A DNA stretch of 64,000 bases. It comes from Nitrospinales bacterium (GTDB taxonomy: Bacteria; Nitrospinota; Nitrospinia; Nitrospinales; VA-1). Shown one piece after another: positions 39,314 through 49,766 of the stretch; the first letter of the stretch is position 1; each line of letters starts with the position of its first letter. The stretch lies in NCBI GenBank assembly GCA_965223795.1, contig CBDCXL010000002.1, positions 3,168,001 through 3,232,000 on the forward strand, in the 5' to 3' direction. The notes under the pieces were generated by a model that was not told the DNA's origin, ran no database searches, and was given only the letters and a program-made list of their open reading frames with translations. The position numbers and the translations under genes are program-made.

Positions 39314-40714
39314 ATGTTAGAGGTGAAGTGTCCCAGAAACTATGAAAAAGAGAGGGAATATATTTGTAAGGTTATATTTGAGGAGTTTTTGGGTGTCGAA
39401 TATAACTTGATTAGGCAGGAAAGGCCGGATTGGTTGATTTCGGCAGGTGATAATAAGAAATTAAGAATATCAGATGTGTTTTTCAAAACCCCGAAGGAGA
39501 GTTGGTTGAAAAACGTATCTTTGCCAAGGCGACCTTTAAAAATTATTTTTCTAAAAAATACTATTTTTGAGGGGTTATGCAGTTACGACTCAATTCCCGC
39601 GCTTTATGGGGAAATAAAACAAGGTGAACAATCTTATGTGGATCGAAATGAAGAGATAGATTTGAAATTAGATATCCTGGGAGCATCATTTTTTATGCTC
39701 ACGCGGTATGAAGAGATAGTAAATACACATGCTGATATTCATGGAAGATATCCATCAAAGAAAACAATTGCGTATCAGGAAGGGTTTCTTGAAAGGCCTC
39801 TTGTAAATGAATATTTAGAACTTCTTTGGTGTTGCATAAATAAATTGTGGCCAAATGTAAAAAGAAAAAAAAGGCAATTTCAAATTCGAATCAGCCACGA
39901 TGTTGATCGGTCCTATTTATTTCATAATTTAAAGTACAGCTTTTGGATTAAACACATTGCCGGTGATTTGTTATATCGGAAGAATTTGTCTCTGGCTTAT
40001 AAGACATTGAAAAATGGATTGTTGAGTAAGCTGAATCGATTGGACAAGGATCCTTTTGATACATATGACTGGCTGATGGATATGAGTGAAAATAATTCCA
40101 TAAAAAGTGAATTTTACTTTATATGCGGTGGATATGGAGAACGATTCGGACCTAACTACCAAATAAATGATACTCGTATGACCGATCTCATTCGCCACAT
40201 AAGTGACAGGGGGCATAATATTGGAATTCATCCAAGTTATAAGACTTATTTATACCCAAAGCAATTATCAATTGAACTGGAAGCGCTGAACCGGGCCCTC
40301 AATAAGGTGGGAATCACTCCCGATAAAATTGGTGGCCGCCAACATTATTATCGATGGGTAAATCCGACAACATGGCAAATTTGGGAAGACAATGGTTTGT
40401 CGTACGATTCATCGCTGGCTTTTGATGATTATGTAGGCTTTCGGTGCGGTACTTGTTATGAGTTCTCTGTATTTAATCTAAAAACATCAATGGCTTTAAA
40501 TTTGAAGGAACGGCCTCTGATTATAAGTGAAGATACGTTATTTAATAATGAAGGTTATTCAATCTTGTCATATGAAGATAAATGTCAGAAGGGGGACGAT
40601 CTTAAGAATGTGACAAGAAAATACGGTGGTGTGTTCGAAGTTCTTTGGCATAACGATGGATTTTATGGAAATGAAAACTTGAGAGAGTTTTATAAAAATA
40701 TTCTTTCTAATTAG
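39314..40714 (+). CDS. Polysaccharide deacetylase-like protein with N-terminal extension (DUF7033-like)
   Basis: FFMLTRYEE, DIHGRY, ISHDVD, GIHPSY, RQHYYR, YDSS, GFRCGTC, LWHN. Confidence 0.78.
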   Translation: MLEVKCPRNYEKEREYICKVIFEEFLGVEYNLIRQERPDWLISAGDNKKLRISDVFFKTPKESWLKNVSLPRRPLKIIFLKNTIFEGLCSYDSIPALYGEIKQGEQSYVDRNEEIDLKLDILGASFFMLTRYEEIVNTHADIHGRYPSKKTIAYQEGFLERPLVNEYLELLWCCINKLWPNVKRKKRQFQIRISHDVDRSYLFHNLKYSFWIKHIAGDLLYRKNLSLAYKTLKNGLLSKLNRLDKDPFDTYDWLMDMSENNSIKSEFYFICGGYGERFGPNYQINDTRMTDLIRHISDRGHNIGIHPSYKTYLYPKQLSIELEALNRALNKVGITPDKIGGRQHYYRWVNPTTWQIWEDNGLSYDSSLAFDDYVGFRCGTCYEFSVFNLKTSMALNLKERPLIISEDTLFNNEGYSILSYEDKCQKGDDLKNVTRKYGGVFEVLWHNDGFYGNENLREFYKNILSN

Positions 40715-40750
40715 GAAATTATTACTTCTAAGATATAGGGCTGAAGACAT

Positions 40751-42640
40751 ATGTGCGGTATTGCGGGGATCGTTACGAAAAATAATGTGGATATATCCTT
40801 GCGAATTGAAAGGATGATAAAGGCTCAATCTCATAGAGGACCTGATGGAAATGGTAAGTGGATTAGCAAATGGGGTGATCGTTCCATCGCATTGGGGCAC
40901 ACCAGGTTGGCAATATTGGATTTGTCATATGCTGGAAAGCAACCGATTCACTCTGCATGTGGAAGGCATACACTGATCTACAATGGGGAAATATATAATT
41001 ATAAAGAGTTAAGACAAGAGTTGGAGGCTGATGGAATTATTTTTAATTCTCAATGTGATACGGAAATAGTATTGCAGTCGTTGATAGTATGGGGCGAAAA
41101 GAGTTTTCAAAAATTTAACGGTATGTGGGCATTGGCCTGGTTGGATAAAGAAAACGGACAGCTCTTGCTCTCACGCGATCGATTCGGAGTGAAACCTTTA
41201 TATTATTATGTGGGTAAAGAGGAATTGTATTTTGCTTCTGAGATAAAAACTCTACTTCAGGGAAAAGATGGGAAAGTCTCGATTAACTATTCTGCTGCAG
41301 GACGTTATTTAAGGCAGACATTATTGGATGCGCAAACGGATACTTTTTTTTCTGGTGTGCAAAGATTGATGCCTGGTCATATGATTCGATTCCGATTGAA
41401 CGATGGATCAAAAAATGAATGCGCAGAAATATGCTATTGGAGTATGCCAGAAACTCCAGTGTTTAATGGAAGCAATGGTGATAAAAGTGAATTGATTGAG
41501 CAAATTCGGGACACTTTTGCTGATGCGGTTCGATTGAGGCTTCGTAGCGATGTTCCAGTAGGCGTCTTGTTGTCAGGAGGGATCGATTCGTCAAGCATAG
41601 CTAGCTGGATGAATCAAATATTAGGAAAAGATAGTGAATGGCATATTTTATCTGCGGTGAGCGATAACCCCGATTACGACGAACAAAAATATATCGATAT
41701 TGTTGGGCGGTATTTAGACAAAAAAATTGAAAAGATACCTCTCCACTTTAATCTAGATTCTATTTTCGGATTATTAGAGGAAATAAGCTGGGTTAATGAT
41801 GAGCCCGTTGGCTCTCTTTCCAATATTGCGCATTATTTAATAATGAAGCGGGCAAAAGAACTCGGCATCACTGTTTTGTTGAGCGGGCAAGGAGCTGACG
41901 AGCTGTTATGTGGATACCGTAAATATTTGGGTTTTTATATACAGGGACTGATTAAAGAAGGTAGATATTTTAAAGCAGGGGATGTGCTGGAAAAATTTTA
42001 TAGACGGAAAACAATCATTTCGCAGTTTGCTTTCAGAGAAGCAAAAAGGTATTTGCCGGCATTTCTAAAAATTAAAGAAATAAACGCCTTGGGGCCAAGA
42101 TTGCAACAATATGATGACGACCTGAATGTCGGGTTGGGAAAAAATACATTGATACAACGGCAAATTGAGGATTATCGAAAATATTCAATTCCTGCTCTCA
42201 CTCATTATGAAGACCGTATGTCGATGTCGATGTCGCGTGAAATACGTTTTCCGTTTTTGGATTATCGACTTGTCAATATGATATTACCGTTAGCTCCAGA
42301 ATACAAAATCAATGATGGTTGGACAAAATGGATATTTAGAAAGTCCATGGAAGATCATCTACCTCCAGAAATTGTTTGGAGAAAGGACAAGCAAGGGTTT
42401 ATCAATCCAGAAGAAGAATGGTTTAAATATGAACTACAGGAAAAAATTGAAAAAATATTCAATGGGGATTTATTGGTAGAAAATTATGGTTTGATAAATC
42501 GAGAAAAAATTAAAGAAAAATATAAGCGCTTCTGCAAGCAAGAAGCGAACAGAGGTACTGTGTCATTTGCTGATATCTTTAATGTTGTATCTCTGGAATT
42601 CTGGATGAGGAAGTATGAAAACTGGCTTTCTCTTTCATGA
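40751..42640 (+). CDS. asnB: Asparagine synthase-like glutamine amidotransferase
   Basis: MCGIAG, HRGPDG, YNGEIYNY, RDRFGVKP, LSGGIDSS, SGQGADE, KQGF. Confidence 0.95.
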   Translation: MCGIAGIVTKNNVDISLRIERMIKAQSHRGPDGNGKWISKWGDRSIALGHTRLAILDLSYAGKQPIHSACGRHTLIYNGEIYNYKELRQELEADGIIFNSQCDTEIVLQSLIVWGEKSFQKFNGMWALAWLDKENGQLLLSRDRFGVKPLYYYVGKEELYFASEIKTLLQGKDGKVSINYSAAGRYLRQTLLDAQTDTFFSGVQRLMPGHMIRFRLNDGSKNECAEICYWSMPETPVFNGSNGDKSELIEQIRDTFADAVRLRLRSDVPVGVLLSGGIDSSSIASWMNQILGKDSEWHILSAVSDNPDYDEQKYIDIVGRYLDKKIEKIPLHFNLDSIFGLLEEISWVNDEPVGSLSNIAHYLIMKRAKELGITVLLSGQGADELLCGYRKYLGFYIQGLIKEGRYFKAGDVLEKFYRRKTIISQFAFREAKRYLPAFLKIKEINALGPRLQQYDDDLNVGLGKNTLIQRQIEDYRKYSIPALTHYEDRMSMSMSREIRFPFLDYRLVNMILPLAPEYKINDGWTKWIFRKSMEDHLPPEIVWRKDKQGFINPEEEWFKYELQEKIEKIFNGDLLVENYGLINREKIKEKYKRFCKQEANRGTVSFADIFNVVSLEFWMRKYENWLSLS

Positions 42641-42664
42641 GTAAAGATTGTAAAGGATATTGAT

Positions 42665-43768
42665 GTGTCTAAGATTTGCATATTGACAAGCGTTCACTCT
42701 GCTTTTGACGACAGGATATTTTATAAGCAAGCAAAATCGATCGCAAAGAACGGATATGAAGTTGTCTTAATTGCTCCACACAATAAGAAAGAGATAATTG
42801 AAGATATAACGATTATTCCATTAAAAAAAAGAAATAATAGATTTGCAAGACTGATATTTGCAAATATTGAACTTTTAAGAAAAGCCTTCGCTCAAAAAGC
42901 TTCTATATATCATTTCCACGATCCAGAAATCATTCCTTTAGGCCTGATACTAAAACTGTTTAATAAGAAGGTTGTGTATGACATCCATGAAGATGTGCCT
43001 AAAGATGTGATGGAAAAAGCATGGATCCCACAGTTTTTAAGAGGATTTGTTTCTAAAACGATAAATTCGCTGGAGCAATATGCCGGCAGAAAATTTGATG
43101 GGATGTTAGGGGCCACTCCATATATTTGTGAGAGGTTTGATGGTTCTGATATTCGGAATGTGTTGCCAATTTGCAATTATCCAATGCTGGAGGAATTTAA
43201 AAATAATTTAAGTGATGGAAACGAAAAAAGGAAAGTTTGTTATGTGGGGGGAATCTCTGAGGCCAGGGGAATTCGGGAAATGATTGGTTCTGTATCCAGG
43301 GCGGATATGGTGCTGAGCCTTGCAGGCTCTTTTCAGCCAAAGGAATTGGAAAATGAATTAAAAACTCTTCCGGAATGGAAAGTTGTAGATTGCAAAGGGT
43401 TTTTGAATCGTACTCAAGTTGCTGAATTACTTTCTGGTTCTATAGCAGGTATGGTTATTCTGCATCCAACAAAAAGTTATCAATATTCATATCCGATCAA
43501 GCTTTTTGAATACATGGCAGCTGGAATACCATTTATAGCTTCGGATTTTCCCGTGTGGCGCAATCTGGTGCAAGGCGTTGAATGTGGCCTGTTTGTCAAT
43601 CCTAAAGACCCAGAAGATATTTCAAAAGCCATAAAATATTTGGGTGCAAATCCTGACGAAGCAAAAAAAATGGGAGAAAGAGGTAGAAAATTGATTGAAG
43701 AAAAATACAACTGGCAGAAAGAAGAGGAAAAGATAATACGTCTTTATTCTCATTTGATAAATAATTAA
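42665..43768 (+). CDS. Glycosyltransferase family 4
   Basis: TSVH..FDDRIF, HFHDPE, YDIHED, KLFEYMAAGIP. Confidence 0.9.
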   Translation: MSKICILTSVHSAFDDRIFYKQAKSIAKNGYEVVLIAPHNKKEIIEDITIIPLKKRNNRFARLIFANIELLRKAFAQKASIYHFHDPEIIPLGLILKLFNKKVVYDIHEDVPKDVMEKAWIPQFLRGFVSKTINSLEQYAGRKFDGMLGATPYICERFDGSDIRNVLPICNYPMLEEFKNNLSDGNEKRKVCYVGGISEARGIREMIGSVSRADMVLSLAGSFQPKELENELKTLPEWKVVDCKGFLNRTQVAELLSGSIAGMVILHPTKSYQYSYPIKLFEYMAAGIPFIASDFPVWRNLVQGVECGLFVNPKDPEDISKAIKYLGANPDEAKKMGERGRKLIEEKYNWQKEEEKIIRLYSHLINN

Positions 43769-43775
43769 AGAAAGT

Positions 43776-44870
43776 GTGCGGGTTATGCGAAGCGTGGATG
43801 GTGAAAAGGAAAATAGTGAAAAACAGGTGTCAGTCGTCATACCTACTTATAATGAGAAAGACTTTATTGAAAAATGCCTGGAATCGGTAATGCAAAATGG
43901 ATACCCACAGGAATACTTGGAAATACTAGTGTGCGATGGGATGAGCACTGACGGGACGAGAGATATCGTAAATCGAATGATGAAAAAATATCCTAAAATT
44001 CGATTGATTGATAATCCGAAAAGATTCACTCCATGCGGGTTTAATGTTGGAATACGTTCATCAAGATCTGATGTTGTTATTATTATGGGAGCGCATGCAA
44101 ACTATTGTAAAGACTATATTCGGAAAAACGTGCAGCGATTATACGAATATGATGCTGACAACGTTGGCGGGGTTCTCATAACCAAGCCAAGGAATTCCGG
44201 TTTGATTTCAAAGGCGATTGTATCTGTGTTGACCAGTAAGTTTGGTGTTGGAAATTCAAAATTTCGCACAGGTTCCGATGATCCTATTGAAGTTGATACG
44301 GTATTTGGGGGCTGCTATAAAAAATCAATTTTTGAAAGGATCGGTTTGTTCAATGAAAGCTTGGTATGTTCGCAGGATATTGAATTGAACGTGCGATTGA
44401 AAAGAGCAGGAGGGAAGATATTATTGTTCCCGGATATTCTTGTCGAATACTTTGCCCGTTCCCGGATCGGTGAGTTTTTAAAACATAACTTTAGAAACGG
44501 CTACTGGGCTGTGTATCCATTTAAATATGTGGATTACATGCCCGTAAAATTTCGGCATTTGATTCCGTTGTTTTTTGTGTTGGGAATATTGGCAAGTGCC
44601 TGCCTGGGACTAGTATTTGATTCGTATATTTTGTTGGCTTTAATCTTAGTGATGTATTTTATGGCATCAATTTACTTTTCAATTCAACAGGCGATTAAAG
44701 AAAAGCGGTTGATAAATATATTTATATTGCCGTTATTGTTTTTTTCTCTTCATTTTAGTTATGGCTGTGGGTCTTTATTTGCTGCAATCAAACTGATTAT
44801 TTCTAAAGAATTTTGGGATAACTGGTTAAGAAAATATCAAAAAAGTGAACCTCGTTCCGTAAACGTATAG
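43776..44870 (+). CDS. Glycosyltransferase family 2 (ExoA-like)
   Basis: VVIPTYNE, DGMSTDGT, VDTVFGG, QDIELN, C-terminal TMs. Confidence 0.9.
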   Translation: MRVMRSVDGEKENSEKQVSVVIPTYNEKDFIEKCLESVMQNGYPQEYLEILVCDGMSTDGTRDIVNRMMKKYPKIRLIDNPKRFTPCGFNVGIRSSRSDVVIIMGAHANYCKDYIRKNVQRLYEYDADNVGGVLITKPRNSGLISKAIVSVLTSKFGVGNSKFRTGSDDPIEVDTVFGGCYKKSIFERIGLFNESLVCSQDIELNVRLKRAGGKILLFPDILVEYFARSRIGEFLKHNFRNGYWAVYPFKYVDYMPVKFRHLIPLFFVLGILASACLGLVFDSYILLALILVMYFMASIYFSIQQAIKEKRLINIFILPLLFFSLHFSYGCGSLFAAIKLIISKEFWDNWLRKYQKSEPRSVNV

Positions 44871-44896
44871 TTTTAACTGATTGGAATTATAAAAAT

Positions 44897-45883
44897 ATGC
44901 CGGTAGAGGCCAAAGCAAAACTAAAGACAACGAGTGAAAATAAAGATTATACAAATTGCATATTTGAAGAATCCTGGTGGTTGGATGCTGTTGCTCCAAA
45001 TGAATGGGATGAAATTATAATAAAAAATGGTGAACGTGTCACAGCTCGTTTGCCTTATGTTTTAAAAAAAAGATTTGGTAAGACATTCATCCTAATGCCA
45101 CAACTGACTCAATGCCTGGGTCCATGGATGGAGTCCATAACCGGGAAATATTCAAATGTGGCCAGTAAAAGAAAAGAGCTTATAAATAAAATCATAGATA
45201 GGCTCCCGGAATATGATTTATTCAGAATGGAGCTTCACTATAGTTTAGACAACTGGCTTCCTTTTTATTGGCGTGGCTTCACGCAGACCACATATTATAC
45301 ATATGTTATTGAGGACCTTTCTGATCTCGACAAGGTGTGGAATGAGTTTGATTCCACTGTTCGGAATAGAATAAGAAAAGCGCAAAAACTCATTCATATT
45401 AATAATGATCCAGACATAGATCGTTTTTTACATATTAATAAGCTCACATTTGAAAGACAGGGATTGTCTCTTCCCTATGGAGAAGAGTTCATACGAAGGC
45501 TGGATTCGGCTTGCAGCAGAAAAGGAGCCCGGAGAATATTTTTTGCGGAAGATGATGAAGGGAATACACATTCTGCTATTTACATCATATGGGATGAAAA
45601 ATCAGCCTATTATTTGATGGGAGGAATCGATCCGCAACATGCCGCCAGCTATGCGAACCCGTTGTTGTTTTGGGAAGCAATCAAATTTTGTTCAACAGTA
45701 ACAAAAAAATTTGATTTTGAAGGATCCATGGTTGAACCCATCGAAAAATTCATGCGGGGATTCGGTGCCGTGCAAAAGCCCTATTTCGAAGTGATGAATA
45801 CGAGTTCCTCTATGAAATTATTGATGGCAGGGGTGGATGTATTAGGCGGGCTTCGCAAAGTTAAGAAATGGGTACAAGGCTAA
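44897..45883 (+). CDS. FemAB/GNAT-like acyltransferase
   Basis: WWLDAV, RNRIRKA, AYYLMGG, FDFEGSM, FMRGFGA. Confidence 0.75.
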   Translation: MPVEAKAKLKTTSENKDYTNCIFEESWWLDAVAPNEWDEIIIKNGERVTARLPYVLKKRFGKTFILMPQLTQCLGPWMESITGKYSNVASKRKELINKIIDRLPEYDLFRMELHYSLDNWLPFYWRGFTQTTYYTYVIEDLSDLDKVWNEFDSTVRNRIRKAQKLIHINNDPDIDRFLHINKLTFERQGLSLPYGEEFIRRLDSACSRKGARRIFFAEDDEGNTHSAIYIIWDEKSAYYLMGGIDPQHAASYANPLLFWEAIKFCSTVTKKFDFEGSMVEPIEKFMRGFGAVQKPYFEVMNTSSSMKLLMAGVDVLGGLRKVKKWVQG

Positions 45884-45946
45884 ATAGGCTAACCATTAAG
45901 GATTTATTTGGATGGGAAAAATATGATGTTCAATAGATTGCAATTC

Positions 45947-47377
45947 TTATTTAATAATATTGCGAATCAAATTTAATAGTAGTGATTGTATCGTTTTGTC
46001 ATTTTCTAAAGTTTGGGTGAAAGAAACCGAGCCCACATTGAACAACCAACCCCCATGAGGAAGGTCTCGATATACCATTGATGCTGGTCCTTCCGGATTC
46101 TCTCCTGTAGCCAAAACAGTAAACTCACTGCTTGCCCCGGTGATCTTATCGGTTTCGTATCCACTGGCCCCATAAATTCCTTTAGGAAAATCTATCTCAT
46201 CGCCGTAATTGTGCCTGGAATATTTAATGTGTTTGGTGGACATGGGGCTATTTCCTTGGCCGATTGTTTCATCCTGATTCAAGTTCAAGTCTTTGAATAT
46301 CCAGTGTTCAGGGCGATTTATCTTATATCCTGCGGAAGTTAAAAACCCCAGGGCATTGTAAGACGTTCCTATAAGCTTGGATATTTCAATAGCATCAGTT
46401 TCTTCTTTTATTACAGCGATCGAATCATTCAGGAACTGAACTTCCCGGTAGATATTGTTTCCGGAAAGAAAAAGAATCTTTTTCCCTTCGTTCATATACT
46501 GAGACAATCTTCCTGTCATTTCTTGGGACCAGTACTCACTGTGCGTGTTGAACAAGAAAGACTTTGTCTGGTGAAAACTGGTGTAGGCAAAATCATAATC
46601 AGTGACCAGGTTATAAGTAAGCTCATTTATTTCAAGAAACCGGATCAAATTCCATTCACCGCGGATCAAATGTGAAAAACAGGTATTTCTCTTATTCTCA
46701 AGATCTTTTAGATCCCGATTGACTCTTAAATTTGGGCGGGCAAAAGACAAAGGTGTGATCGGAAAGTGATGGCGGCTTCCAATTTTGCAACGAAAATTTA
46801 AATATTGAAATAAGAGTATAAATAATTTGAGTGGATAAGGTGTGATGAAATCTTTGTAAAACGATTTTCCGCCGAAATCGTTGTAGGCCTGCCAGGTGTT
46901 CGTCGATGCGACAACGCATAGCGGTTCTACTTTGTCAGAGTTGACAATGAAGGGAATTCTGAATGAAGACTCGGGATTGTTTTTGTGGGATATCTTAGCA
47001 AAATAAAAGCCGGGTCTGAGTATTTCAGAATTAAATCTAAAATTGGGTTTCCAGCGCAAACCCTCCCAGGGGGTGAAGTCTTCCGGCTGCCGTTCAGTTT
47101 TGATTTGCTGAATAAAATCAATCTTTTCTAAAGTGGTACCAAGTCGGTATATTTCAAGTAGAGCTGGTTTCGTGGTGTGAATATAAAAATCAAGCGAATC
47201 TCCAAAACGAATGGATTGTTTCAGGGAATACCCGGAAGGATCTGGCAAACGGACATTCAAAGTCCAGCGTTTCAGGATAAAGAGATAGACATATTGACAA
47301 GCTGCAAGTCCAAATAGAAATAAAAGTAATATCGTTAATGAGGAAATCAAAAAAAGAGGAAAGCTGATGATATCCAT
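45947..47377 (-). CDS. Membrane-anchored N,N-dimethylformamidase beta-subunit family (DUF6605-like) protein
   Basis: N-terminal TM; TNTWQAYNDFGGKSFY, SFARP, HSEYWS, FLSGNNIY, GYETD. Confidence 0.75.
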   Translation of the reverse strand: MDIISFPLFLISSLTILLLFLFGLAACQYVYLFILKRWTLNVRLPDPSGYSLKQSIRFGDSLDFYIHTTKPALLEIYRLGTTLEKIDFIQQIKTERQPEDFTPWEGLRWKPNFRFNSEILRPGFYFAKISHKNNPESSFRIPFIVNSDKVEPLCVVASTNTWQAYNDFGGKSFYKDFITPYPLKLFILLFQYLNFRCKIGSRHHFPITPLSFARPNLRVNRDLKDLENKRNTCFSHLIRGEWNLIRFLEINELTYNLVTDYDFAYTSFHQTKSFLFNTHSEYWSQEMTGRLSQYMNEGKKILFLSGNNIYREVQFLNDSIAVIKEETDAIEISKLIGTSYNALGFLTSAGYKINRPEHWIFKDLNLNQDETIGQGNSPMSTKHIKYSRHNYGDEIDFPKGIYGASGYETDKITGASSEFTVLATGENPEGPASMVYRDLPHGGWLFNVGSVSFTQTLENDKTIQSLLLNLIRNIIK

Positions 47378-47403
47378 TCCGTGGGTTGAATCTATTTAGA
47401 GGG

Positions 47404-48411
47404 TCATTTGCCTGACGGGTGGAAAAATTTTTTTAACAGCAATCTCGGAGCGTAATAGATATCGTAAGCGACATCCCGAGCGACATGAATGAATGGGTAT
47501 TTTGACTTATAAAACCAGGACTGCTCAAAGGGTGTGACGCCGTATTTCTTTTTGTATTCGCCTTCTCCTCCCCAGTCATGCCATCGCATTCCTCTACTTT
47601 TCCAGTACTTCAACGCATGCCAATGCAGTGCCTCATTGGGCCGGACATTTTGATATTCCCTTAAGCTCGCATTTCCCCAAAAATAAGAGAATTGATTGAT
47701 ACCAGTGTAAATCGCAGTCGCGATGATCTTTTTGTTTTTATTGATTGCCCGTAATAGCAGCATGTTTCCGGAATCGTAATAATGATCGATGACAGCCTGG
47801 ACCCGTTCTTTGCTGTAGGTTGGACGCAAACCCTGTTTTTTGAAGACATCGATCAACTGTTCATAGTAAATATCAGCAAATCCTTCTTTCGGGGCTTCTT
47901 CGATAAACACACCTTCTTTATTGGCTTTGCGAATGCAACGTTGACAGGAACTTTTCATCTTTTTAAAGAGCATGTCTTCAGAAGGGGAAAGGTCCGTTAA
48001 ATAACAAAAAAAAGAACGGTATCTGTATCCAAGCCCTTCGGTCTCTTCTCGGGTCAAAAAACGATCATTGATTTCAAGATGCTGTACTCCTAGTTCGCTG
48101 AATGCAAATGACTCAAAACTCTGCAATGCGTTCCGGCGAGGAATTTCAGGGGATAGATTGAATCCCATATAAGGCGTGGTCCAACCAGGAAAAGGACTTC
48201 CAAGAATGGGTAAAGCAAACTTTTTAAAGCGGATCCCCGTGAAATAACCTTTAACCGTAGTCTCGTCGTTCAGCGAGCAGATTATGATTTCTCCACGGGT
48301 GATTTTTTGCAGAAATTCAAGCCACTTTTTTGTCTGGGAAAAAGTGCGGTCTGAAAAACTATCCAAATGGGACCAGTTAATGGAAGATAAAGGTAACTGT
48401 TTCCAATTCAT
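47404..48411 (-). CDS. FemAB/GNAT-like acyltransferase
   Basis: GSPFPGWTTPYMG, RCIRKA, RPNEALHW, YKKKYG. Confidence 0.75.
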   Translation of the reverse strand: MNWKQLPLSSINWSHLDSFSDRTFSQTKKWLEFLQKITRGEIIICSLNDETTVKGYFTGIRFKKFALPILGSPFPGWTTPYMGFNLSPEIPRRNALQSFESFAFSELGVQHLEINDRFLTREETEGLGYRYRSFFCYLTDLSPSEDMLFKKMKSSCQRCIRKANKEGVFIEEAPKEGFADIYYEQLIDVFKKQGLRPTYSKERVQAVIDHYYDSGNMLLLRAINKNKKIIATAIYTGINQFSYFWGNASLREYQNVRPNEALHWHALKYWKSRGMRWHDWGGEGEYKKKYGVTPFEQSWFYKSKYPFIHVARDVAYDIYYAPRLLLKKFFHPSGK

Positions 48412-48725
48412 ACAAGAAGGTCCTGATAGAGACAGGATTTAAAATACTGATTGCAGAATAACAGGGAAAGAAAATTCAATTATGAGAATAAATTTAAGGG
48501 GAATTTGGACGGAATTTTAATCTGTTCTCATATGAAAAGAAAGTCCAAATTTGAATTTGTGGAAATAGATTGGTGTTGGTAACTATTTATACAGTTTGAG
48601 CATTTATTTGCAGGGCAGGGGGAGAGGGACAGTGAAACGGGATGATCGGGAATGAATTAAGCGCTTACAAGAATCGGGGATAGAGGCAAACAATCCAGGA
48701 GGAAAAAAATACAAGTGAAAACATT

Positions 48726-48751
48726 TCAGGGGGAGGGGAGACTCCCCCTGA
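48726..48751 (-). terminator. Hairpin terminator after the 101-aa membrane protein gene
   Basis: TCAGGGGGAG-gggaga-CTCCCCCTGA. Confidence 0.55.
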
Positions 48752-48790
48752 GTCAGAGAAAATTGTGCGCGAGAGTTAAGCGGAGGCAGT

Positions 48791-49096
48791 TCAAGTGGTG
48801 GTTTGTGTATTATTTTTATTCATCAATTCCATCATGCCAGTAGCAACCACGATGATTCCACAGATGATATACACATAGGCAGTCCAAGCCGTGTCACCTG
48901 CGAGAGTCACAAAATTGATTTTATGAAACGTAAATCCCATGTAAAACACGAAAGCATAGGTTCCCAGGATTCCCAACTGATGCCTGCGAAAAAACAGGCA
49001 AAGAGAAACAAAAATCATGAATACGGCGAACTCAAGCGGAAAAATTCCTTGTGTGGATTCATTCCAGGACCAGGACGTCTGGGTGATCATATCCAT
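48791..49096 (-). CDS. Hypothetical small membrane protein (about 3 TM)
   Basis: GGAGGAG RBS, hydrophobic segments, followed by hairpin. Confidence 0.75.
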   Translation of the reverse strand: MDMITQTSWSWNESTQGIFPLEFAVFMIFVSLCLFFRRHQLGILGTYAFVFYMGFTFHKINFVTLAGDTAWTAYVYIICGIIVVATGMMELMNKNNTQTTT

Positions 49097-49766
49097 TGAA
49101 CCGCTCCTCCAAGATGGGTGCCAATGTTTCTTTAAAGTTTTATAGCATTACCTATATTGTTAGTTTCATGGAAAAGAAGCAGTATGTCAACGGGCGAACT
49201 CAATGAACTGTTTCGCAAAAACATTGAAAAATCAAAGGTAATGTAAGGTCCGTTTTTTCAGGCTTTTGTGTTCTCAGCTTCGAATTTAAAAAAGTTTGTC
49301 GTGCTTCCAGGGAAATTGGGCTGGATTGGGGGCAGACCGTCATTTCTTCATAAAAGGGATAATCTGGCCTGAAAATAAAATGTATTTGTAAGTTTAAAAT
49401 ATTCAATATAGTGTAAATATAGTTATAATTTATATTAATATATGCTTGATTAACCCTTCCTATTTGGTTATTTTCCTTCCGAAGTCACAGTTTTAACCGC
49501 TGACACTCGTTCCTTTGATTTTTTTCACTGGAATAATTGTTCCATTGCCGGGAAAACCCAAGTGCGAATATCCGAGCATTGGCTTGATGACGGGGTTTGA
49601 ATAAACCAGAACCCTCCGGTTCACTCCCCCAGCCGTCAAAAGTTCCGATAGTTTTGGTGCGCCTGGTTCAGGCGCAGGCGGCGAATTCATTTCACATGGT
49701 GGCATTGGCACCATTGCTTTGTTCCGTGTAAAGCCCTGGTACGGATTTGAAAGAAAGAGGCACGAC

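Noticed and set aside
49108..49124. Sigma54-like TTGGCACCCATCTTGGA on the minus strand
   Set aside because: GG instead of GC at -12 and it overlaps the RBS, leaving no leader
49658..49676. Hairpin TGCGCCTG-gtt-CAGGCGCA upstream of the hydroxylase
   Set aside because: Short and isolated with no U tract; no function can be supported
27400..49700. Integrative element or prophage explanation for the AT-rich island
   Set aside because: No integrase, tRNA target, att repeats or phage genes seen
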